44,228 nt of DNA, taken from Candidatus Woesearchaeota archaeon. GTDB lineage: Archaea > Nanobdellota > Nanobdellia > Woesearchaeales > WJIZ01. Below, in pieces: positions 38,776 through 44,228 of the stretch. Positions within the stretch are counted from its first letter, which is position 1, and every line of letters begins with the position of its first letter. The DNA lies in the NCBI GenBank assembly GCA_018221205.1, contig JAAOYF010000010.1, forward strand, positions 1 to 44,228, in the 5' to 3' direction. The notes beneath the pieces were generated by a model. That model saw nothing but the letters and a program-made list of their open reading frames with translations, was not told the DNA's origin and did no database searches. A program made the translations under genes and the position numbers.

Positions 38776-39417
38776 ATGGTACACGCAATCGCACGCCACA
38801 CAATCATCTTTTTTACGAGTCTCTATATAAAGAAGATTGAAGGGATAAAGAATCTTCCTGAAGGCCCGTTTATCTTCGCCGCAAATCACGCATCCTATAT
38901 AGATGATTTTGTCATTCCCCTCTTGAGCTTTTCCTATCTCAAAAAGAAAGTAGTCATATTTGTCAACTCATTGTATCATAAATATCCTTTCCTGAGGAGC
39001 TACCTCCTCCACTATAATTGCATCCCCCTTGCTGTGAGAAAGTATGTGAAGGATGCAAGGAAGAGGAAAGCGACCAACAAAAAAGCATTCGCATTCGCGA
39101 AAAAAGGCTTGAAAGAAGGAAAACTTATCGGCATTTTTCCAGAAGGGACAAGGAGCAAGGACGGGAAACTGCAAAAAGCTAAGATAGGCGTCGCTCAGCT
39201 AGCGTTAGAAGCAGGTGTCCCAGTAGTGCCGATCGGGATAAAAGGCTCTTTTGATATCCTGCCTCCAGGAAGATTTTTCCCTCGTTTCAAGAGATGCACG
39301 GTAAAAATCGGCAAACCTCTCTATTTCAAAGAAAAGAAGAAAGATTATAAAACACTCGAAAGAGTGACTACTAAAATCATGAAAGAGATTGCAAAACTCA
39401 TCGATCAGAGCTACTAA
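38776..39417 (+). CDS. plsC: Lysophospholipid/G3P acyltransferase, PlsC family (paralog 1)
   Basis: NHASYID (HxxxxD), FPEGTRS and VPVVPIGI. Confidence 0.9.
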   Translation: MVHAIARHTIIFFTSLYIKKIEGIKNLPEGPFIFAANHASYIDDFVIPLLSFSYLKKKVVIFVNSLYHKYPFLRSYLLHYNCIPLAVRKYVKDARKRKATNKKAFAFAKKGLKEGKLIGIFPEGTRSKDGKLQKAKIGVAQLALEAGVPVVPIGIKGSFDILPPGRFFPRFKRCTVKIGKPLYFKEKKKDYKTLERVTTKIMKEIAKLIDQSY

Positions 39418-39418
39418 A

Positions 39419-40051
39419 ATGGTCTATCCGATAGCACGCATCATCATTTCCGCATTGTTGAGCCCATGGATGGGAAAATGTACGGGTATAGAGAATGTTC
39501 CCAAGAAAAAAGGAGCGCTTTTGGCAGCAAATCACGCTTCTTATCTGGATCATTTTGTCATCGGCACAAAAGTCGTTCCTCACACAAACAAAGTTCTTCA
39601 TTTCCTCGCTAAGCAAGAACATTTTGATTCCCCACACCAATGGTTATGGCATAAATATCTGAGAGCAATACCTCTAGATAGGAAAGCAGGTGGAAAAACA
39701 GGATTGTCAAAAGCAGTCAAACATCTGAAGAAGGGAGACCTCATCATGATCTACCCTGAAGGTACGAGAACATTAGATGGTAAGATGAACAAAGCCAAGA
39801 CAGGTGTGGCAAGATTGGCATTGGCAGCGCATGTTCCGGTCATCCCCATGGGAATAACCAACACTTTTAGGATTCTTCCGAAGAAAAAGCGCTTTCCTCG
39901 AAGAGGAAAAGCAGATTTAAATATAGGGAAGCCGCTCTATTTTACACAGTACTATGGCAAGGGAAGTGACAAGAAAGTGCTGAGAAAGGTGACTAACATC
40001 ATAATGAAAGAGATTGCAAGATTATCAAAGCAAGAATATCCACACAGATGA
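39419..40051 (+). CDS. plsC: Lysophospholipid/G3P acyltransferase, PlsC family (paralog 2)
   Basis: NHASYLD, FLAK.E.F, IPLDR, YPEGTRT and VPVIP. Confidence 0.92.
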   Translation: MVYPIARIIISALLSPWMGKCTGIENVPKKKGALLAANHASYLDHFVIGTKVVPHTNKVLHFLAKQEHFDSPHQWLWHKYLRAIPLDRKAGGKTGLSKAVKHLKKGDLIMIYPEGTRTLDGKMNKAKTGVARLALAAHVPVIPMGITNTFRILPKKKRFPRRGKADLNIGKPLYFTQYYGKGSDKKVLRKVTNIIMKEIARLSKQEYPHR

Positions 40052-41016
40052 TATCAGTAATAGGCGCAGGAACATGGGGCACAACGTTGGCGAATGTGCT
40101 TGCAGAGAATAATCCAGATGAGCAGATAATGCTCTGGGCCCGCGAGAAGGAAGTAGTCGATTTCATAAACAATGAAAACAAGAACATACTTTTCCTTCCC
40201 GAGATAAGGCTTGCAAAGAATATCAAAGCAACAGCCAATATAGAAGAAGCAGTTGCAGATATAATCATAACAGCGATTCCTGCACAATTTTTAAGAGAGA
40301 ACATCAAGAAGATAAGCGATAAGATAAAAACAGCAACTATAGTGAACGTGGCAAAAGGACTTGAGATCCATACCTTCAAGCGTATGTCAGAGGTTCTGAA
40401 AGAAGAGCTTCCAGACGCGAAGATTGCGGTCTTATCAGGTCCTAATCATGCCGAGGAAGTCGCAAGGAAGATCCCGACAGCGACAGTCATCGCTTCAAAA
40501 GATGCTGATTTAGAACATCTAAAGAGACTCTTCGAGGCAGACCATTTCAAGGTCTATTCTCATGATGATGTTATTGGAGTAGAGATCTGTGCTGCAGTGA
40601 AGAATATAACAGCAATCGCAACCGGAGTGATAGCAGCATTAGGATTGGGAGATAACGCAAACGGCTCCATCATAACGCTTGGCCTGAGAGAGATGGTCGA
40701 ATTAGGAAGAAATTTTGGAGCGAATGAAAAGACCTGCTACGGCCTGGCAGGAGTAGGGGATCTGGTCGCTACATGCACATCAACACACTCCCGAAACCGA
40801 AAAGCAGGTGCCTTAGTTGCCAAAGGCATGGATTTTGACGCGATAAAGAAAGAGATGCACGGTATGGTCGCTGAAGGCATATGGACCTGCAAAGCTGTGC
40901 ATGAATATGCAGAAAAAAATAACCTTAATCTGCCTCTAACGAGCCAAATCTACAAAGTCCTCTATGAAAAAAAAGAATTAAGACATGCCATAGAGGATTT
41001 GAAAAAGTTAATTTAG
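40048..41016 (+). CDS. gpsA: NAD(P)H-dependent sn-glycerol-3-phosphate dehydrogenase
   Basis: GAGTWGT, AKGLE, LSGPNHA.EV, KNI.AI..G, GLAGVGDL..TC.S..SRN and AEG. ATGA overlap with plsC. Confidence 0.95.
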   Translation: MISVIGAGTWGTTLANVLAENNPDEQIMLWAREKEVVDFINNENKNILFLPEIRLAKNIKATANIEEAVADIIITAIPAQFLRENIKKISDKIKTATIVNVAKGLEIHTFKRMSEVLKEELPDAKIAVLSGPNHAEEVARKIPTATVIASKDADLEHLKRLFEADHFKVYSHDDVIGVEICAAVKNITAIATGVIAALGLGDNANGSIITLGLREMVELGRNFGANEKTCYGLAGVGDLVATCTSTHSRNRKAGALVAKGMDFDAIKKEMHGMVAEGIWTCKAVHEYAEKNNLNLPLTSQIYKVLYEKKELRHAIEDLKKLI

Positions 41017-41019
41017 ACG

Positions 41020-41895
41020 TTATATTATCAAAATCACTCCTATAACAAGCATTGATACAGCAATGAATTTCTGAATCAGAACAGGTTTGGAGAATTTCTC
41101 CTTTATGATCTTAGGAAAAAATAAGCTTAATAATAACGTTATGAGAAAAACAAATAATAAATCAAGCCTTCCAATTGCTGCAACCAACGCAGCAGGACCA
41201 GCAGTGAGAGCAAAGGTAAAAAAGACAAAGCCCACGACATTCAAAGTTGTGCCTAGCAGCAAATGCTTAACCCCCCTTTTAGCTTTCTGGAGAAGATGAG
41301 GATGATGAAAAGCAAATAACACGACACCAACTATTCCCTGCCCAACACTAATCCAGAATATAATCGACCATATGTTGCCCTGAAAGGTCACGAACTTGAT
41401 TATGACGGTACGAAGAGCAAAGAGGATTGCAGTAAACAGGGCAAAATAAAACGCAGTGTTGAAGTGTACCTTGAATGAAGCTTTTTCCATAGAGATGAGA
41501 AAGGCACTCATTGCGATTAACACTATCCCCACATATATCGCTGTAGTATAAGATTCACCCAGGAAAAGGAGAGCAAACAGAAGGACAAATAATGATTCTG
41601 TAGCCAGCACCGGAATAACTCGTGAGACTTCTCCTCTTTTAATGGCGAAAAAATAAATCAGAATAGCCAAACGGTAAATAATGCCAGCGAGAACTGCAGT
41701 ACCGATGACAACTAAAGGTAAAAAAATGCCCCCTAATATAACAGAAATAATCCCTAAGAGGAGGAAAGTATAGATGCCAGTAACAGCAGGAGCCAAGACA
41801 GGATCCTTGAGTTCCTTTCCGATAATAAACTTATCCTGGACATCAACAACTGCAAATATAAATGCAGCAGCCATAGCCAAAAGTACCCAAACCAT
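41020..41895 (-). CDS. EamA/DMT family transporter
   Basis: Two 5-TM repeats with G.VSRV.P and LFLGE. Confidence 0.85.
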   Translation of the reverse strand: MVWVLLAMAAAFIFAVVDVQDKFIIGKELKDPVLAPAVTGIYTFLLLGIISVILGGIFLPLVVIGTAVLAGIIYRLAILIYFFAIKRGEVSRVIPVLATESLFVLLFALLFLGESYTTAIYVGIVLIAMSAFLISMEKASFKVHFNTAFYFALFTAILFALRTVIIKFVTFQGNIWSIIFWISVGQGIVGVVLFAFHHPHLLQKAKRGVKHLLLGTTLNVVGFVFFTFALTAGPAALVAAIGRLDLLFVFLITLLLSLFFPKIIKEKFSKPVLIQKFIAVSMLVIGVILII

Positions 41896-42021
41896 TATTC
41901 CCTTTTTTGATGAGAGGGGTTAATAAATGTTGCGGAGCATTGCCTTCGTGCAGCTAGGATTACTTAGAAATATTTTATTAATGCAACTTACAAAACACCA
42001 ATGAGGTATATATTCCACCCG

Positions 42022-42264
42022 CTATCTTTGATGAGCATTATTCTTTACAAAGAAATTCGGATTATTTTTAGCTGCTTCTGTATTCCAGTACTTCTCCCTG
42101 TTAGAATCTTGCGTAACTCCCAAACCTTCTCTGTACATTTCTCCAACCAAATATTGAGCTTCAAGATGGCCTGCTCGTGCAGCTTTTTCTAAGTGAGTAA
42201 ATGCTTCTAGGTAATCTCTGCCTTCATAAAAGAGTAAACCTAATCTCCATTGGGCTTTGTAACC
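42022..42264 (-). pseudogene. Sel1-like repeat protein remnant (not in ORF track)
   Basis: Manual translation gives GYKAQWRLGLLFYEGRDYLEAFTHLEKAARAGHLEAQYLVGEMYREGLGVTQDSNREKYWNTEAAK...*. An in-frame TAG lies immediately upstream and there is no start codon before the first repeat. Confidence 0.7.
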
Positions 42265-42393
42265 CTATCTTCCAATGGTACACGTTCCTCACCCGAGCCA
42301 AGAATTAACGCCACAAGCACCCAAGATGCCGTCTCATACCTATGAGTATACGTATAATTTTATAAATTTTTCAGTGTAATTCATGAAAGAAAA

Positions 42394-42993
42394 TTATTCC
42401 TCCGTAAAATCGTCGACACTCTCTTTAAGATCTTCTTTCGGCTTCAGTTTTCCTATCTTGCGCAGATATTCTCGTGCAAGCAGCCAAAAGAACAATCCGA
42501 GGCTTTTCTTTCCCTTGTTGTTGCAAGGTATAACGAGATCGATGAAATTGCTCTGGTTGTTGGTATCACAAAGGGCAATGACAGGGATGCCGATCTTCAT
42601 CGCATCCTGGATAGCGTTTCGGTCAGGCCAGGAATCAGTGACAAAGACGATCTTTGCCTCGACATATCTCTTCAATTCAGGATTGGTCAATACCCCAGGC
42701 AGATATCTGCCTGCAAAGGTCTTGCAGCCAGTTACCTTTCCGAACATCTTGACAGGCTTCCACGAATTCTCTCTTCTGGATGAGATCAAGATGTCTTCAG
42801 GCTCGAATTGAGCAAGCAGATTTGCTGCAAGCTTGATACGTTCATCGATTTTCTGTAGATTGAGAACAGAAAGTCCATCAGGACGTGTTTTGTAAATAAA
42901 ATCAGCCATGTATTTTGTCTTGAATTTAGTACCGATATGGATACCACTCTTCAAATATTCTTCTTGTGCGATTAAAAATCCTTCTTCTGCCAT
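42394..42993 (-). CDS. rps2: 30S ribosomal protein uS2 (archaeal type)
   Basis: YL.SGIHIGTK, R.DGL.VL, GRY.PG.LTNP, D..AI.DA, CDTN and IPCNNKG..SL. Confidence 0.96.
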   Translation of the reverse strand: MAEEGFLIAQEEYLKSGIHIGTKFKTKYMADFIYKTRPDGLSVLNLQKIDERIKLAANLLAQFEPEDILISSRRENSWKPVKMFGKVTGCKTFAGRYLPGVLTNPELKRYVEAKIVFVTDSWPDRNAIQDAMKIGIPVIALCDTNNQSNFIDLVIPCNNKGKKSLGLFFWLLAREYLRKIGKLKPKEDLKESVDDFTEE

Positions 42994-43150
42994 TTTTTTC
43001 CTCTCCCCGCATTTTTATGACCTCAGCAGGGCCTTGATAACGCATCAAGTATCAACGTTATCGTCGGTATTAAAGAAAAGAGATATTCACCCCTTTTTAA
43101 AGGTATTTGTTATGGAAAAGTTATTAAAGTCCAACGCTGAAGATGGACCT

Positions 43151-43609
43151 ATGAAGTTATTTGCTAAATGGTGGTTCTGGTTGATTGTTTTAACTCTTTT
43201 CATCTTTATATCGAAGGTTTACTGCATTTCCTGGAATTCTGATGTTTTTATTCCCGATAGATGTGACGGCTCTGATGATTTTGCCTGTATGGATAAAGCA
43301 CTGATCTATGACGATGGAAAAGTAACTATTGTCGTCAGAAACGAAATTGGAGATATTCAGATTCAAAATGTTGAAACATCTAGAAACTGCATTAATGGAA
43401 AGTTGATTTCAGTAGAAGAATTTGAACATCCAACCATCATCACGGACGATTGGTTAGAAATTACATTTCAATGTGAAAAAATAACAGAATCTTATTTTGA
43501 CTGCCCTCCCTCTGATTTCAGAACAGATGCTAAGATCAGGTTCCTGAAAGATGGTGTAGAGGATTCTCGTTCTGTATTCATAGCAGGATCGATATTACCC
43601 TATGAATAA
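43151..43609 (+). CDS. Single-TM exported protein, pilin-like ectodomain (start may be 43112)
   Basis: N-terminal hydrophobic helix (WWFWLIVLTLFIFIS), then PDRC....FACMD...IVVRNEIG.I.I. The longer ORF overlaps rps2. Confidence 0.6.
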   Translation: MKLFAKWWFWLIVLTLFIFISKVYCISWNSDVFIPDRCDGSDDFACMDKALIYDDGKVTIVVRNEIGDIQIQNVETSRNCINGKLISVEEFEHPTIITDDWLEITFQCEKITESYFDCPPSDFRTDAKIRFLKDGVEDSRSVFIAGSILPYE

Positions 43610-43616
43610 TCTAACC

Positions 43617-44096
43617 CTATACCAATGGAAAAGAAGCTAGTTTCTCATACACAGGCCCTTCAGGAGTCAATGTACTCTTATACAGAATAAAAGAATCAAC
43701 CTTAAATTCTTCTTTCTCAACATCAAAACCAACTTTTATCTCTTCTTTAGATCGAGCTAATGTGACATGAGCCTTGAAATCCCTTTTTTCTCTAGGGAAA
43801 ATATCCTCTAAAGCCTTCTCAATCTCTCCCTGCAGCTGTTTAAGCTCTTCACATTCATCAAATCCCACCCAGACAACATGAGGAAAGCTGCCGATATGAG
43901 AAGCATGAAGAGAGAACGGTTTGAATGCTATTGTTCCAAGCCTTTCTTTGATATCTTCCAACTGAGAATCAGCTACTTCCCCTAAAAACTTCAGAGTTAG
44001 ATGAAAATCATGAGCAAACCGTAGAGTAGAATCAAGTTTCTGTTGAAGAGAAAGAAAAAAAGAATGAGAAAAAAGTATCGCTACAAACAGTCTCAT
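43617..44096 (-). CDS. thpR: RNA 2',3'-cyclic phosphodiesterase (2H family, ThpR/LigT)
   Basis: MRLFVAI, HLTLKFLGE, HVTLAR and S.LTP.GP.Y. Confidence 0.93.
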   Translation of the reverse strand: MRLFVAILFSHSFFLSLQQKLDSTLRFAHDFHLTLKFLGEVADSQLEDIKERLGTIAFKPFSLHASHIGSFPHVVWVGFDECEELKQLQGEIEKALEDIFPREKRDFKAHVTLARSKEEIKVGFDVEKEEFKVDSFILYKSTLTPEGPVYEKLASFPLV

Positions 44097-44227
44097 GCGT
44101 CTGTTTTTTCGTCTTCAGCTGGCTCTTCGGATTTCTCCTCTTTTGCAGCATCCTCTGCTTTGTCCTCAGTTTCAGCTTCTTCAGCTGGCTCTTCGGTCTC
44201 TTCAGCAGGAGCTTCCTCAGCATCCTC
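44093..44227 (-). CDS. Acidic low-complexity C-terminal tail of a gene beginning outside the window
   Basis: Frame reads EDAEEAPAEETEEPAEEAETEDKAEDAAKEEKSEEPAEDEKTDA*. Its TGA overlaps the thpR ATG (ATGA). Confidence 0.8.
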   Translation of the reverse strand, partial: EDAEEAPAEETEEPAEEAETEDKAEDAAKEEKSEEPAEDEKTDA

Positions 44228-44228
44228 T

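Noticed and set aside
38773..38785. 13-mer CCAATGGTACACG repeated at 42272-42284
   Set aside because: A single short match in unrelated contexts, compatible with chance.
27835..41016. Lipid locus as bacterial contamination or chimera
   Set aside because: Bacterial-type genes are translationally coupled to archaeal-type thiolase/DUF35 genes, have TATA-like promoters, and show no visible compositional break from radB or rps2. Read mapping is still needed to exclude it fully.
42265..42267. TAG read-through or alternative genetic code at the Sel1 remnant
   Set aside because: TAG terminates normal genes here (htpX, gpsA, thpR), and another in-frame stop lies further upstream.
368..42811. Numerous 60-160 aa antisense or alternate-frame ORFs in the track
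   Set aside because: They are shadows of well-supported genes, with no motifs of their own.
44032..44223. 63-aa Lys/Leu-rich ORF from the track
   Set aside because: Wrong frame. The acidic frame ending at 44093 with an ATGA overlap is the plausible gene.
1..44228. CRISPR arrays, tRNA/rRNA genes, IS elements, prophage
   Set aside because: No regularly spaced repeats, cloverleaf-like sequences, transposase, integrase or viral genes seen by eye.

Overview
44-kb gene-dense fragment of an archaeal chromosome. Evidence: archaeal-type uS2, RadB, Hef helicase-nuclease, aMBF1, AK6-type adenylate kinase, a PRC-barrel protein, and TATA/BRE-like promoters. The gene mix suggests a DPANN archaeon, probably Woesearchaeota-like (inference). 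I see no rRNA, tRNA, CRISPR array or transposase. The standout is a ~13-kb lipid locus (27835-41016). It holds a biotin-dependent acyl-CoA carboxylase set (CT, BCCP, BirA, BC), a fabZ - thiolase - DUF35/DUF362 fusion - thiolase - fabG operon, two PlsC-type acyltransferases and GpsA. No ACP, FabD, KAS, enoyl reductase or HMG-CoA synthase is present in the window. Together with an intact Lgt, a lipobox protein and PDH genes elsewhere in the window, this points to a hybrid, possibly ACP-independent fatty-acid pathway feeding bacterial-type G3P ester lipids in an archaeon. Other items: an MBOAT/SGNH/2xGT2 polysaccharide cluster, two related palindromic intergenic elements, a Sel1-repeat remnant missed by the ORF track, a pseudo-S2P protease, a short Rqc2/NFACT protein and a 793-aa orphan.
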